The position numbers were made by a program, and so were the translations under genes. A DNA stretch of 64,000 nt, taken from assembly GCA_963824045.1 (NCBI GenBank), contig CAWGNW010000009.1, positions 4,709 to 68,708 of the forward strand, in the 5' to 3' direction. The notes beneath the pieces are model-generated. The model was not told where the DNA came from. It worked only from the letters and a program-made list of their open reading frames with translations, and searched no databases. Position 1 is the stretch's first letter. Every line of letters begins with the position of its first letter. This document shows positions 30,160 through 41,461 of this stretch, in pieces. The stretch is from an uncultured Gammaproteobacteria bacterium (GTDB lineage Bacteria; Pseudomonadota; Gammaproteobacteria; UBA9214).

Positions 30160-31215
30160 CTACAGCTCCGCGTACATACGACCGGGGTTGAGGATGCCGG
30201 CGGGGTCGAAACTTTGCTTGAGCCGCCGCTGCAGTGCAAGCATGCCGGGCGGCAGCGGGTGAAAAACCGCGCCGCTGCGGTCGCCATGCCGGTACAGGGT
30301 GGCGTGGCCGCCGCTTGCCGCGGTCAGATCGCGGATGTGTTCCGGGTTGGCATGGCTCTTCAGCCAGCGCTGCGCACCACCCCAGTCGAGCAGCTGCCTG
30401 CCGTCGAGGCCGAGGCCGGGCGCGGCCGGGGGTACGGACAGTCTCCACAAGGGAATGTCGTCCCGGAAGAAGGGCAGTTGCTGTTCGCGCAGCGCCTGCC
30501 AGACCTGCGCACCTTCCTCGCAGGTATCGCCGCCAACAACCGCAGCTGCCGCCGCTACACCCCGGGTCGAGCCGGAAAGCCGCAGGTACAGACGGCCATC
30601 GATATGGCAGGCGCCGGACAAGGGCAGGGGCTGGCCTGCCCAGCGGTTGCAGCGGAGCACGGCCTCGTCTGCCGCGCAGTCCTGCTGCAGGGTGATATCG
30701 GCTTCCGGTCGCGGCAGGACCTTCAGGTTGATTTCGAGCAGTACGGCCAGGGTGCCGAGCGAACCGGTCAGCAGGCGCGACAGGTCATAGCCGGCGACAT
30801 TCTTCATGACCTGGCCGCCGAAGCGCAGGATTTCACCCCTGCCATTGAGACAGCGCACACCCAGCACGAAATCGCGCGCCGCACCGGCGTAGGGTCGCCG
30901 CGGTCCCGACAGGCCGCAGGCGATGGTGCCCCCCAGTGTGGCCGTGCTGCCGAAATGCGGTGGCTCGAAGGCCAGCATCTGACCTTCCTCTGCCAGCGCC
31001 GCTTCCAGCACGGCCAGCGGTGTGCCGGCGCGTGCCGAGATGACCAGTTCCGCCGGTGTGTAGTCAATGATGCCGCTGTGCTCGCCGACCGGGCAGGTCC
31101 GGCCTTCACAGGCACGCCCGTAAAAGGCCTTGCTGCCGCCACCCCGGATGGCCAGCGGGGTGCCGTCCGCGGTGGCGGCCTGTAGTTGCTCGACGAGGGT
31201 TTGTTCGCAGCTCAT
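30160..31215 (-). CDS. glcE: Glycolate oxidase FAD-binding subunit
   Basis: FAD-binding PCMH-type domain: TPLAIRGGGSKAFYG. Confidence 0.85.
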   Translation of the reverse strand: MSCEQTLVEQLQAATADGTPLAIRGGGSKAFYGRACEGRTCPVGEHSGIIDYTPAELVISARAGTPLAVLEAALAEEGQMLAFEPPHFGSTATLGGTIACGLSGPRRPYAGAARDFVLGVRCLNGRGEILRFGGQVMKNVAGYDLSRLLTGSLGTLAVLLEINLKVLPRPEADITLQQDCAADEAVLRCNRWAGQPLPLSGACHIDGRLYLRLSGSTRGVAAAAAVVGGDTCEEGAQVWQALREQQLPFFRDDIPLWRLSVPPAAPGLGLDGRQLLDWGGAQRWLKSHANPEHIRDLTAASGGHATLYRHGDRSGAVFHPLPPGMLALQRRLKQSFDPAGILNPGRMYAEL

Positions 31216-31237
31216 GCCGGGTCAGTGGTTCGTTGTT

Positions 31238-32692
31238 TCAGAAACGTTCCAGCCCGGGGTGCGGCAGCTGGCCATGATGGACGTGCATGGCGCCGAATTC
31301 GGCGCAGCGGTGCAGGGTGGGAATCGCCTTGCCGGGATTGAGCAGGTTCTGCGGATCGAATGCCTGCTTCACGGCGTGAAACTGCTGCAATTCGGCTTCG
31401 TTGAACTGCACGCACATCTGGTTGATTTTCTCGAGGCCGACGCCGTGCTCGCCGGTGATGGTGCCGCCGACTGCTACGCACAGCTCCAGGATTTTTCCGC
31501 CGAGTTCCTCGGTACGTTCCAGTTCGCCGGCCTTGTTGGCATCGTAGAGAATCAGCGGGTGCAGATTGCCGTCGCCCGCGTGAAAGACATTGCAGATCGG
31601 CAGGCCGTATTCCCCGGAGAGTTCGCCGATGCGGGTCAGCACTGCCGCCAGATGCTTGCGGGGGATCGTGCCGTCCATGCAGTAATAGTCGGGTGACAGC
31701 CTTCCCATGGCGGGGAAGGCGGCCTTCCTGCCAGCCCAGAAGCGCTGGCGCTCCGCCTCGTCGCGGGATACCTGCAGCGAGGTTGCGCCGGCATCCCGGT
31801 AGACCTGGCTGACACGCTCGACCTGGGCCAGGACATCTTCCCGGGAGCCGTCCAGTTCGCACAGCAGGATCGCGCTGGCGTCTTCCGGATAGCCCGTATC
31901 GATGAATCTGCGCACGGCATGAATTGCCGGCCGGTCCAGCAGTTCCAGGCCGGCGGGAATGATGCCGCTGGCGATGGTCGCCGTTACGGCGGCGCCGGCG
32001 GCATCGACCGAATCGAAGGCGGCCAGCACGACCTGTGCGGTGGCCGGCTTCGGCAGCAGCTTGACGGTGACCTCGACAATAATGCCCAGCAGCCCCTCGG
32101 AACCGGTCAGCAGCGCAAGCAGGTCATAGCCGGGGCTGTCGAGTGCCGCGCCTCCAATCGTGAGCGCTTCACCGTCTATAGTCAGGATTTCCAGCGCCAG
32201 GATGTTGTGCGTGGTGAGGCCATACTTGAGGCAATGCACGCCGCCGGCATTTTCCGCTACATTGCCGCCGATGGAACAGGCGATCTGTGACGACGGGTCG
32301 GGTGCGTAGTACAGGCCGTGTGGAGCTGCGGCGCAGGAGATGGCCAGGTTGGTAACGCCGGGTTGTACGCGCGCAATGCGGTTGCCGGTGTCCAGTTCAA
32401 GGATGCGGTTGAACCTCGCCAGACTGAGCAGCACACCGTTGCCAAGCGGCATGGCACCGCCGGACAGTCCGGTGCCGGCGCCGCGCGCGACTACCGGCAC
32501 CTGGTGTTGTGCGCACAGGCGTAACGTTGCCTGCAATTGTTGCAGCGTTTCCGGAATCACCACGACCAGCGGCAGCTGGCGGTACGCGGACAGTGCATCG
32601 CATTCGTAGGGGCGCAATTCATCCGAATGCGACAGGATGCAACGCGCCGGAAGCAGATTTTGCAACAGGCGTATGAACGATTCTTCGTGCAT
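31238..32692 (-). CDS. glcD: Glycolate oxidase subunit GlcD (FAD-linked oxidase)
   Basis: VVARGAGTGLSGGAMPL is the FAD-binding motif. 484 aa. Confidence 0.85.
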   Translation of the reverse strand: MHEESFIRLLQNLLPARCILSHSDELRPYECDALSAYRQLPLVVVIPETLQQLQATLRLCAQHQVPVVARGAGTGLSGGAMPLGNGVLLSLARFNRILELDTGNRIARVQPGVTNLAISCAAAPHGLYYAPDPSSQIACSIGGNVAENAGGVHCLKYGLTTHNILALEILTIDGEALTIGGAALDSPGYDLLALLTGSEGLLGIIVEVTVKLLPKPATAQVVLAAFDSVDAAGAAVTATIASGIIPAGLELLDRPAIHAVRRFIDTGYPEDASAILLCELDGSREDVLAQVERVSQVYRDAGATSLQVSRDEAERQRFWAGRKAAFPAMGRLSPDYYCMDGTIPRKHLAAVLTRIGELSGEYGLPICNVFHAGDGNLHPLILYDANKAGELERTEELGGKILELCVAVGGTITGEHGVGLEKINQMCVQFNEAELQQFHAVKQAFDPQNLLNPGKAIPTLHRCAEFGAMHVHHGQLPHPGLERF

Positions 32693-32823
32693 GAATGCGG
32701 GCTTGTGTCAAGCGTTGAAGTCAGATCAAGATCAGGGGATTATCGCCGATAGCGCGGGAAATAGCAGTAATCAGTCGAGAGTATTGCGGCAGTCAGCAGC
32801 AGTCAGCATGTTACTATACGAAG

Positions 32824-33346
32824 ATGAATCAGGTACTCGGACAATATGTGCATCATGGCATTCCACCGGTGAGTTTTGCCGGCCTGATGGAATTGTACGA
32901 GTGCAATTACATTCGCCTGCGTAATCTGGTGCCGGATAGCTGACGCCATTCCTGACGCAGTTGTTTCACACATCGATGGCGCGCTCGACCTGCATCTGCG
33001 CATCACGGAGCGCTGCAGGTTTACTACCACGCTCGGCCTCACTTACTATTTCCAGGACGCTGTCGGCAGTTTTCCTGCACCTGACATACAGGTCCGTATC
33101 TACCACGATGCCCAGGTCGGGGAAGTCATTTCCTGCGGCCGCCGCCGCGGCATGCGTCACGCACGCTACAACCGCATGCGCAACCACTACACCCTGGCCG
33201 AGAAATGGCGCATGAACCGGTTTCTGCAGAAATGGCTGGGATACTGCCTGATGCAGGGGCATCGCTTTACTCCCGGGAACATCATCCTTGCAGCAGAAAA
33301 TACCCTCCCAGCAGTCGAGGATTCCCTGCTGATTGTTGAATCCTGA
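32824..33346 (+). CDS. yqiB: DUF1249 (YqiB-like) protein, with apparent indel near 32925-32950
   Basis: Frame 1 reads ...GLMELYECNYIRLRNLVPD and stops at a TGA. The +1 frame continues ...HIDGALDLHLRITERCRFTTT...VRIYHDAQVGEVI...NRFLQKWLGYCLMQGH. Both parts are collinear with E. coli YqiB. Confidence 0.6.
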
Positions 33347-33424
33347 AGAATTTCTACCCCCTGTATACCCCTATTGAGCAGTAAGCCAAGACTTGCGCCA
33401 CCCCCGGGTCTGTCGCATACTTAG

Positions 33425-33450
33425 TACCTGAGCATTTTACTCGGTTATTA
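33425..33450 (+). promoter_or_regulatory. Putative IscR autoregulatory site in the iscR promoter region
   Basis: GCATTTTACTCGGTTATT resembles the CAATTTACTCGGGAATG element of the E. coli iscR promoter. It lies about 50 bp upstream of the iscR ATG. Confidence 0.35.
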
Positions 33451-33494
33451 TTCCAGGGTCATAACCACGGTCCCGAGAATCGACAGGTAATATC

Positions 33495-33974
33495 ATGCGG
33501 CTATCAACCAAGGGGCGCTATGCAGTGACCGCCATGCTGGATCTTGCCATCCACCATGACGAGGGTCCTGTAACGCTCGCGGATATATCCGAGTCACAGG
33601 GCATCTCGCTGTCCTACCTCGAGCAGCTGTTCGCGCGCCTGAAGAAACAGGGCCTGGTAACCGGCATGCGCGGCCCGGGTGGCGGCTACCGGCTGTCGCA
33701 CCCGCCGGGCGAAATTTCCATCGCACAGGTGATCAATGCAATCGGTGAGGGAATCGATGCAACCATGTGCCAGGGCAAGCAGGATTGCCAGGACGGCGAA
33801 CGCTGCCTGACACATGAATTGTGGCAGAAGCTGGGTGCCGAGATTTATAATTTCCTCAGTGGTATTACGCTTGCCGGTTTTCTCGAACGTGACCGGGTGA
33901 ATGAGATTGTGCTCCGCCAGCGCAAGGCTGTGCCTGTCGCAACGCCCGCGCTGAACAAGACGATGGTCGGGTGA
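33495..33974 (+). CDS. iscR: Fe-S cluster assembly transcriptional regulator IscR (Rrf2 family)
   Basis: [18 protein letters not shown]... is the Rrf2 N-terminus. It contains three Cys cluster ligands. Confidence 0.85.
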   Translation: MRLSTKGRYAVTAMLDLAIHHDEGPVTLADISESQGISLSYLEQLFARLKKQGLVTGMRGPGGGYRLSHPPGEISIAQVINAIGEGIDATMCQGKQDCQDGERCLTHELWQKLGAEIYNFLSGITLAGFLERDRVNEIVLRQRKAVPVATPALNKTMVG

Positions 33975-34015
33975 TCCCCCCTTTTTTCTGAAATTTGATT
34001 GTCAAGGTGACAGGA

Positions 34016-35236
34016 ATGAATATCAGCATCCCTATCTACATGGATTACTCGGCTACCACACCGGTTGATGAGCGTGTGGCCGAGAAAATGTGTACCTATC
34101 TCACGCGCCAGGGCAAGTTCGGCAACCCGGCATCGCGCTCGCACCAGTTCGGCTGGCAGGCGGAGGAGGCCGTGCAGCAGGCCCGCGAAGATGTGGCCCG
34201 GCTGATCAATGCCGACCCGCGGGAAATCGTCTGGACGTCGGGTGCGACAGAGTCCGACAACCTGGCCATCAAGGGCGTTGCGCATTTCTACAAGAAGAAC
34301 GGCAAGCACATTATCACCCTGAAAACCGAACACAAGGCGGTGCTGGATTCCTGCCGGCAGCTGGAACGCGAAGGCTATGAAGTCACTTACCTCGAGCCCG
34401 AATCCAGCGGACTGCTGGACCTGGAGAAATTCCAGAGCGCCTTGCGGGATGACACCATTCTGGTCAGTGTCATGCACGTCAACAACGAGATCGGCGTGAT
34501 ACAGGACATCGCTGCGATCGGCGAGATTTGCCGCGCCCGCAAGATCATCTTCCATGTCGATGCCGCGCAAAGTGCCGGCAAGGTCGAGATCGACATGGAG
34601 AAGCTCAAGGTCGACCTGATGTCGTTTTCCGCACACAAGATCTACGGTCCCAAGGGCATCGGCGCCCTCTATGTCAGGCGCAAGCCGCGGGTGCGAATCG
34701 AGGCGCAGATGCATGGCGGCGGGCATGAGCGCGGCTTGCGTTCCGGTACCCTGCCGACTCACCAGATCGTTGGCATGGGAGAGGCATTCCGTATTGCCCG
34801 GCTGGAAATGGCCGAGGAAGAAGCGCGTATCCGCGTGTTGCGTGATCTTCTCTGGCAGGGGCTGAACGAAATGGAGGAGGTCTATCTCAACGGTGACTTC
34901 GATCAGCGGGTGCCGGGCAACCTGAACGTGAGCTTTAATTACGTGGAGGGTGAAAGCCTGATCATGGCGCTGAAGGATATGGCGGTTTCTTCAGGTTCCG
35001 CCTGTACCAGTTCCAGTCTGGAACCCTCCTATGTCCTGCGGGCGATCGGCCGCAATGACGAGTTGGCGCACAGTTCCATCCGCTTTACCATCGGTCGCTT
35101 TACCACCCGGGAAGAGATCGACTATATCGTCGAGCGGGTCAGGGAAAAGGTCGCCAAGCTGCGCGAGCTGTCGCCGCTCTGGGACATGTTCAAGGAGGGC
35201 ATCGACCTGAACTCTGTCAAATGGGCGGCACACTAG
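34016..35236 (+). CDS. iscS: Cysteine desulfurase IscS
   Basis: Near-identical in motif order to E. coli IscS, including [12 protein letters not shown], the [15 protein letters not shown]-Lys motif and SSGSACTS. Confidence 0.9.
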   Translation: MNISIPIYMDYSATTPVDERVAEKMCTYLTRQGKFGNPASRSHQFGWQAEEAVQQAREDVARLINADPREIVWTSGATESDNLAIKGVAHFYKKNGKHIITLKTEHKAVLDSCRQLEREGYEVTYLEPESSGLLDLEKFQSALRDDTILVSVMHVNNEIGVIQDIAAIGEICRARKIIFHVDAAQSAGKVEIDMEKLKVDLMSFSAHKIYGPKGIGALYVRRKPRVRIEAQMHGGGHERGLRSGTLPTHQIVGMGEAFRIARLEMAEEEARIRVLRDLLWQGLNEMEEVYLNGDFDQRVPGNLNVSFNYVEGESLIMALKDMAVSSGSACTSSSLEPSYVLRAIGRNDELAHSSIRFTIGRFTTREEIDYIVERVREKVAKLRELSPLWDMFKEGIDLNSVKWAAH

Positions 35237-35240
35237 AAGG

Positions 35241-35573
35241 ATGGCAGGCATGGCAATCACATTGACAACCGCGGCGGCAGAGCGCGTCAGGAACTTTCTG
35301 GAACAGCGGGGCAAGGGCGTGGGCCTGCGCCTCGGCGTGAAGACCACCGGTTGTTCCGGAATGGCCTATGTCATGGAGTATGCCGACAGCATCGAGGACG
35401 AGGACGTGGTGTTCGAGGACCAGGGTGTCAAGGTCATCATCAACCCGAAGAGCCTGGTCTACCTGGACGGTACCGAGCTGGACTACACCCGCGAAGGACT
35501 GAACGAGGGCTTCCAGTTCAACAATCCCAATGTCAAGGATATGTGCGGCTGCGGGGAGAGTTTCAACGTTTGA
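35241..35573 (+). CDS. iscA: Iron-sulfur cluster insertion protein IscA (A-type carrier)
   Basis: Ends CGCGESF. 110 aa. It starts 5 nt after the iscS stop, so there is no iscU between them. Confidence 0.85.
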   Translation: MAGMAITLTTAAAERVRNFLEQRGKGVGLRLGVKTTGCSGMAYVMEYADSIEDEDVVFEDQGVKVIINPKSLVYLDGTELDYTREGLNEGFQFNNPNVKDMCGCGESFNV

Positions 35574-35613
35574 CGATCGGTGGCAGCAGCCCCGCACGCA
35601 GTCAGTTTCCGTT

Positions 35614-36166
35614 ATGGCCAAGCATGCTTCCACAGACCATTTCGCGCGATTCGGAATGCCAAGGTCGTTCGACATGGACCTCGGTGTTCTGGACTCCCGT
35701 TACCGCGAACTGCAGCGAACCGTCCATCCGGACCGGTTTGCCAGCGCCGGGGAGGCCGAGCGTCGCCTCTCCATGCAGCAGGCAACGACTATCAACGAGG
35801 GCTACCAGACGCTGAAGGATCCCCTGAAGCGGGGACGCTACCTGCTGGAGTTATCCGGTTACAATCTCGGGGACGAGCCGCATACCACCCGCGATACCGC
35901 ATTTCTCATGCAGCAGATGGAGTTGCGCGAAGCTGCTGGACGAGGTGCGTGGCAGCAGCGACCCGTTTGCCGCCTTGCAAAGTATCATGGACAGGATCGC
36001 TGCGGACATTGTCAACTTGCAGGCGCAGCTGCGGGAAAATTTCGAGCGCGCCACCGTTGCTGATCTGGAAGCCGCCGCCACTGCCTTGATGAAGATGCAG
36101 TTCTTTCGGCGCCTGCAGGAAGAGGTCATGGACCTGGAAGCCGCGCTGGAGGATGAACTGGTCTGA
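35614..36166 (+). CDS. hscB: Co-chaperone HscB, with apparent indel near 35928-35934
   Basis: The J-domain frame reads ...[14 protein letters not shown]...[13 protein letters not shown]. The +1 frame continues [30 protein letters not shown]...LEDELV. Confidence 0.8.
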
Positions 36167-36249
36167 ACGTGCATTACCGGTGACGCTTGCTCACCTGGTC
36201 GACTTCCCCCGGACCTTGTCTGGTAACAAGTATATAAACCAAATCAATC

Positions 36250-38130
36250 ATGGCATTACTACAAATCTCCGAACCCGGTCAGTCCACCGCGCCACACCAG
36301 CACCGGCTGGCGGCAGGCATCGACCTGGGTACCACCAATTCACTGGTAGCCAGTGTGCGCAGCGGTACGGCTGATACCCTGCCGGATGCGGAAGGTCGCC
36401 ATCTGCTGCCTTCGGTCGTGCGCTACCAGGCAGGCAGGGCGCCGGTCGTGGGCGCGGCTGCGCTGGCAGCAGCGGTAACGGACCCGCTGAACACCATCGC
36501 TTCGGTCAAGCGGCTTATGGGCCGCGGTATCGAGGATGTACGGCATATCGGTACCTCGCTGCCGTATGAATTTGTTCCCGGTTCCAGCGGCATGCCGCTA
36601 GTGCACACTGCCGCGGGGAATCTCAGCCCCGTCGAGGTCTCGGCGGAAATCCTGCGGGCGCTGAAGACCCGGGCGGAGGCAACCCTGGGTGGAGAGCTGC
36701 AGGGCGTGGTGATTACCGTGCCGGCGTATTTCGATGATGCCCAGCGCCAGGCAACCCGGGATGCCGGGCGTCTTGCCGGTCTGAATGTAATGCGTCTGCT
36801 GAACGAACCCACGGCCGCGGCTGTAGCCTACGGACTGGACAAGGGCTCCGAGGGCATCATCGCCATCTACGATCTGGGCGGGGGTACCTTTGATATTTCC
36901 ATCCTGCGTCTCAACCGCGGCGTGTTCGAAGTCATGTCGACGGCCGGTGATTCGGCGCTGGGCGGTGATGACATGGACCGCGCCGTGGCCGGCTGGCTGA
37001 TGCAGCAGGCCGGCATCGAGGATGACGCTGGACACGGGCAGCTGCGCCATTTGCTGCAGGTGGCGCGCAGCGCAAAGGAAGCACTCACCACCGGGACAAG
37101 TACGCCGGTCTGCATCGAACGCGATAACGGCAGCCGCTGGGAAGGGGAGCTGTCACGCGAAACGCTCAACCGGCTGATTGCGTCACTGGTGGAGAAATCA
37201 CTGTTGCCCTGCCGGCGTGCGCTGCGTGATGCGGGTGTGCGTACCGCGGATATCGGGAAGATTGTCATGGTCGGCGGCTCCACACGTGTCCCTCTGGTAC
37301 GCGAGCGGGTGGCGGCATTTTTCGAAGCCGAGCCGATGGTGGATATCGACCCCGACAAGGTGGTCGCGGTCGGTGCAGCGATCCAGGCCGATATCCTGGC
37401 AGGCAACAAACCCGATGATGAAATGCTGTTGCTGGACGTGATTCCCCTGTCGCTGGGTATCGAGACCATGGGCGGACTCACGGAGAAGATCATTCCGCGC
37501 AACACCACCATCCCGACGGCACGGGCACAGGAATTCACTACCTTCAAGGACGGGCAGACGGCGATGTCACTGCACGTGGTGCAGGGCGAACGTGAACTGG
37601 TCGAGAACTGCAGGTCGCTGGCACGCTTCGAGCTGCACAATATCCCGCCGATGGTGGCCGGTGCAGCGCGTATCCGCGTGACTTTCCAGGTGGATGCCGA
37701 CGGCCTGCTGAATGTAACCGCCGAGGAGGAGACACAGGGCGTAAAAAGCAGCATCGAGGTGAAGCCCTCGTACGGCTTGAGTGACGGTGAAATTGAAACC
37801 ATGCTGCGCGACTCCATGGCATATGCCGGGGATGACCGGGATGCGCGCCGGTTGCGGGAAGAACAGGTGGAGGCCGACCGGGTACTGGAAGCGCTGCGGG
37901 CGGCGCTGGCGGCTGATGGCGACGAATTGCTGAGTGCTGCGGAACGCGAGCTTGTTGAAGCCGCCGCGCTGGCGCTGGAAGCGGCGCGCACCGGCGGCGA
38001 CTACCGGGCCATCAAGGCGGCGATTGCAGCCGTTGAACAGGCCAGCAGCGCTTATGTCGAGCGCCGCATGAATACCAGCATCAGCAAGGCCATGGCAGGA
38101 CATGCCGTGGATGAATTTAAATCAAAGTGA
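36250..38130 (+). CDS. hscA: Fe-S protein assembly chaperone HscA (Hsp70 family)
   Basis: Hsp70 signatures [11 protein letters not shown] and DLGGGTFD. 626 aa. Confidence 0.9.
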   Translation: MALLQISEPGQSTAPHQHRLAAGIDLGTTNSLVASVRSGTADTLPDAEGRHLLPSVVRYQAGRAPVVGAAALAAAVTDPLNTIASVKRLMGRGIEDVRHIGTSLPYEFVPGSSGMPLVHTAAGNLSPVEVSAEILRALKTRAEATLGGELQGVVITVPAYFDDAQRQATRDAGRLAGLNVMRLLNEPTAAAVAYGLDKGSEGIIAIYDLGGGTFDISILRLNRGVFEVMSTAGDSALGGDDMDRAVAGWLMQQAGIEDDAGHGQLRHLLQVARSAKEALTTGTSTPVCIERDNGSRWEGELSRETLNRLIASLVEKSLLPCRRALRDAGVRTADIGKIVMVGGSTRVPLVRERVAAFFEAEPMVDIDPDKVVAVGAAIQADILAGNKPDDEMLLLDVIPLSLGIETMGGLTEKIIPRNTTIPTARAQEFTTFKDGQTAMSLHVVQGERELVENCRSLARFELHNIPPMVAGAARIRVTFQVDADGLLNVTAEEETQGVKSSIEVKPSYGLSDGEIETMLRDSMAYAGDDRDARRLREEQVEADRVLEALRAALAADGDELLSAAERELVEAAALALEAARTGGDYRAIKAAIAAVEQASSAYVERRMNTSISKAMAGHAVDEFKSK

Positions 38131-38166
38131 TTCCCGCAGGAATCAAACAGCGGATAACATGACGCC

Positions 38167-38505
38167 ATGACACAGATCATCTTTCTGCCCCATGAAGAAA
38201 TCTGCCCCGAGGGGGCGGTCGTGGAGGCCGATCCGGGTACCACCATTTGTGATGCCGCCCTGCAGCATGGCATCGAGATTGAACACGCCTGCGAGAAGTC
38301 CTGTGCCTGCACGACCTGTCATGTCTACATCCGCGAGGGTGGCGAGTCGCTGCAGGAGTCCGAAGAGGACGAGGACGACCTGCTCGACAAGGCCTGGGGG
38401 CTGGAGCCGGATTCCCGGTTGAGTTGCCAGACCGTCGTCGCGGACAAGGACCTTGTCGTGGAGATACCCAAGTACACCATCAACATGGTGAGCGAGACCC
38501 ATTGA
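38167..38505 (+). CDS. fdx: ISC-system [2Fe-2S] ferredoxin
   Basis: CEKSCACTTCH...C motif. 112 aa. Confidence 0.9.
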   Translation: MTQIIFLPHEEICPEGAVVEADPGTTICDAALQHGIEIEHACEKSCACTTCHVYIREGGESLQESEEDEDDLLDKAWGLEPDSRLSCQTVVADKDLVVEIPKYTINMVSETH

Positions 38506-38532
38506 ATTAACTGCCGCGACGTCTGCAGCGCG

Positions 38533-38757
38533 GTGCTGGAGTGGAGAAATATGCTGATGCCCCTGAGCTGGACTGACACGCTGGATATCGCTATCGAACT
38601 CGAAGAGGCCCATCCGGAAGTGGACCCCCTGCACGTCAACTTCGTGGACCTGCGCAACTGGGTGCTGGCGCTGGATGATTTCGACGACGATCCGGAGCAC
38701 TGCGGTGAACGCATACTCGAGGCCATCCAGATGGCCTGGATCGAGGAGCGCCAGTAG
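38533..38757 (+). CDS. iscX: Fe-S assembly protein IscX (true start probably at the Met at 38557)
   Basis: MPLSWTDTLDIAIELEEAHPEVDPLHVNFVDLRNWVLALDDFDDDPEHC is collinear with E. coli IscX. Confidence 0.75.
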   Translation: MLEWRNMLMPLSWTDTLDIAIELEEAHPEVDPLHVNFVDLRNWVLALDDFDDDPEHCGERILEAIQMAWIEERQ

Positions 38758-38805
38758 CCGGTTCTTCCCGGCAGAGGCCAGCGCGCACCGTGCCGCGGCC
38801 CATGG

Positions 38806-38838
38806 AAAAACGGCGACACCAGTCGTCGTTTTTTATTG
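38806..38838 (+). terminator. Rho-independent terminator after iscX
   Basis: Hairpin GGCGACacCaGTCGtCG followed by TTTTTTATT. Confidence 0.5.
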
Positions 38839-39292
38839 AGTCATGTGGACTCCGGGTTGCTGCCGGATACAGTGGTTTCCTGTTGCCGGCGCGAAGCGGG
38901 CTTCACCAGAGCTGGCCGGCTATCGCCTGGCGCATGACATCAAAAGACAGCTGCGGGGCGCGGGAATAATCACCTGCACATCAGCAGTCCCGGGATCTCT
39001 CACCAGACGCGAGTGACGGCGCGGTTTTGCTGTGCCAGCAAATCTGTCGACATCCCCGGAATGTGTTTATCCGTATGTTTTATAAGCACAATAGTGTGCA
39101 TGCCGGGGCGTTGCCGGCGGGCCGGATCGGATATGGCCACGGCCGCCCTGGCGGGTATTCACATTCCATTAGGCGCGCCAACCTTGTATATTACGCGGCT
39201 TTGCTCCTGCCGGTATTCCGCTGGGTAACATTTCCGGGCCGATCGACGTGGCCGGGTTCCGATGTGCTGACAAATCTGACTAGAGGTAGACC

Positions 39293-40268
39293 ATGGCTGT
39301 AAGAAATCGCCTGCATCGCAGTGAACTGGCTGTTCCCGGAAGCAATATCCGCATGCTGGAAAAGGCGCCCACTGCCGGCGCCGACGTGGTATTCCTGGAT
39401 CTGGAGGATGCCGTTGCACCGGATGACAAGGCGCAGGCCCGCAAGAATGTCATCGAGGCGCTGAATGACATGGACTGGTCGAACTGCTCCGTGTCCGTGC
39501 GGATCAACGGGCTGGATACCCACTACTGCTACCGCGACATCGTCGACGTGGTCGAGCAGGCCGGTGACAAGCTCGACACCATCCTGATTCCCAAGGTAAA
39601 CACTCCCGCTGACATTCTGTTCGTCTCGACCATGCTGGAGCAGATCGAGGCCGCGAAGGGCTATGATCCCGATCAACCTGCACATCCTGATCGAGACCGC
39701 CAGGGGCATGGCGAATGTGGAAAGCATTGCGCAGACCTGCCCCGAACGCCTCGAGGCCATGGTCTTCGGGGTTGCGGATTACGCCGCATCCACCCAGGCG
39801 CGCACCACCAACATGGGCGGCGCCAACCCGGATTACTACACCCTGACGCACCCGGACGAGCAGGGCAGGCGCGAGCGTCACTGGGGCGACCAGTGGCATT
39901 TCGCGATCTCGCGCATGGTTGTCGCCTGCCGTGCCTACGGCTTGCGCCCGATCGACGGGCCTTTTGGTGACTTCAACGACCCGGACGGCTATCTCGCCGT
40001 TTCCAGCAGTGTCGCGGCCCTGGGTGTCGAGGGCAAGTGGGCCATCCATCCGTCGCAGATTGCGCTGGCCAACCAGATATTTACCCCGGCCGCGAAGGAA
40101 GTTGACCGTGCCCGTCGCATCCTGGCGGCGATGGCAGAGGCCGCCCGGGAAGGCCGCGGCGCAGTGGCGCTTGACGGGCGCCTGATCGATGCCGCCTCGA
40201 TTCGCCAGGCACAGGTGCTGGTGGACAAGGCCGACCAGATCGAGAAATCCCTGGCGGGCCGTCATTAA
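39293..40268 (+). CDS. mcl: HpcH/CitE-like lyase, probable malyl-CoA lyase, with apparent indel near 39665-39674
   Basis: Frame 1 reads SELAVPGSNIRMLEKAPTAGADVVFLDLEDAVAPDDKAQARKNVIEALND...ILIPKVNTPADI. The +1 frame reads IPINLHILIETARGMANVESIA...VDGPFGDFND...GKWAIHPSQIALANQIFTP. Both are collinear with L-malyl-CoA lyase. Confidence 0.75.
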
Positions 40269-40291
40269 CGCAAAGAAGCGGAGAAGCTGAC

Positions 40292-41461
40292 GTGAATATT
40301 CATGAATATCAGACCAAGGAACTGCTGCGCGGCTACGGCGTGCCGGTTCCGGATGGCCGTGTGGCCCACACCGTGGACAATGCTGCCACGGTAGCCGAGG
40401 AACTTGGCGGTGAACGCTGGGTCGTGAAGGCGCAGATCCATGCCGGCGGCCGCGGCAAGGGCGGCGGGGTAAAGGTCGCCTCCAGCATCGATGAGGTCAA
40501 GCAGTTCACGGACCACATGATAGGCAGCCACCTGGTGACGCCGCAGACCGGACCGGAAGGCCGGCTGGTGCAGCGCGTGCTGGTCGAGCAGGCATCCAGC
40601 ATCCGGAAGGAATTCTACCTCGGCCTGGTCATCGATCGCGCCACCCAGCGCATCACCGTCATCGCCTCGGCCTCGGGCGGCATGAATATCGAGGAGGTCG
40701 CCAGGACCCACCCCGAACGCGTGATTCGCGAGGCCGTCGACCCGGCGGTCGGGCTGATGCCGTTTCAGTGCCGCAAGATCGCCGCGCAGATCGGTCTCAC
40801 CGGCAAGCAGATCAACGAGGCCACCAAGCTGATGCGGTCTCTGTACCGCTGTTTCCGCGACAAGGATGCGCTGCTGGCGGAAATCAATCCGCTGGCGGAA
40901 GTCGACGGCGGCAAGCTGATTGCGCTGGACGCCAAGATGTCCTTTGATGGCAATGCCATGTTCCGTCGTCCCGGCATCACGGAACTGCGCGACTTCGACG
41001 AGGAAGATCCGAAAGAGGTCGAGGCCACCGCCCACGGTCTGAACTACATCGCACTCGATGGCAACGTCGGCTGCATCGTGAACGGTGCCGGACTGGCCAT
41101 GGCCACCATGGATGCCATCAGTTTCCACAATGGCAAGCCGGCCAACTTCCTCGATGTCGGCGGCGGCGCCTCGCCGGAAAAAGTGGGCAATGCCTTCCGT
41201 ATCGTGCTGCAGGACCCCAACGTCAAGATCATCCTGGTCAACATTTTCGCCGGCATCAATCGCTGCGACTGGATCGCCGAGGGGCTGGTGCAGGCAATGC
41301 GCGATCAGCATATCGAGGTGCCAATCGTGGTGCGCCTAGCCGGGACCAACGTCGAGAAGGGCGGTCCGATCCTGGTGGAGTCCGGCTTCCCGTTTATCAT
41401 GGCCGAAAACCTGGATGATGCCGCCACCAGGGTCATGGCTGCGCTGGAGGGTTTGTCATGA
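40292..41461 (+). CDS. mtkA: Succinyl-CoA-synthetase-like ligase beta subunit, probable malate-CoA ligase (malate thiokinase) large subunit (GTG start)
   Basis: ATP-grasp motif MNIHEYQTKELL...VVKAQIHAGGRGKGGGVKV and the SucC/MtkA signature GIVNGAGLAMATMD. It directly follows the lyase gene. It is not in a sucABCD context. Confidence 0.75.
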   Translation: MNIHEYQTKELLRGYGVPVPDGRVAHTVDNAATVAEELGGERWVVKAQIHAGGRGKGGGVKVASSIDEVKQFTDHMIGSHLVTPQTGPEGRLVQRVLVEQASSIRKEFYLGLVIDRATQRITVIASASGGMNIEEVARTHPERVIREAVDPAVGLMPFQCRKIAAQIGLTGKQINEATKLMRSLYRCFRDKDALLAEINPLAEVDGGKLIALDAKMSFDGNAMFRRPGITELRDFDEEDPKEVEATAHGLNYIALDGNVGCIVNGAGLAMATMDAISFHNGKPANFLDVGGGASPEKVGNAFRIVLQDPNVKIILVNIFAGINRCDWIAEGLVQAMRDQHIEVPIVVRLAGTNVEKGGPILVESGFPFIMAENLDDAATRVMAALEGLS

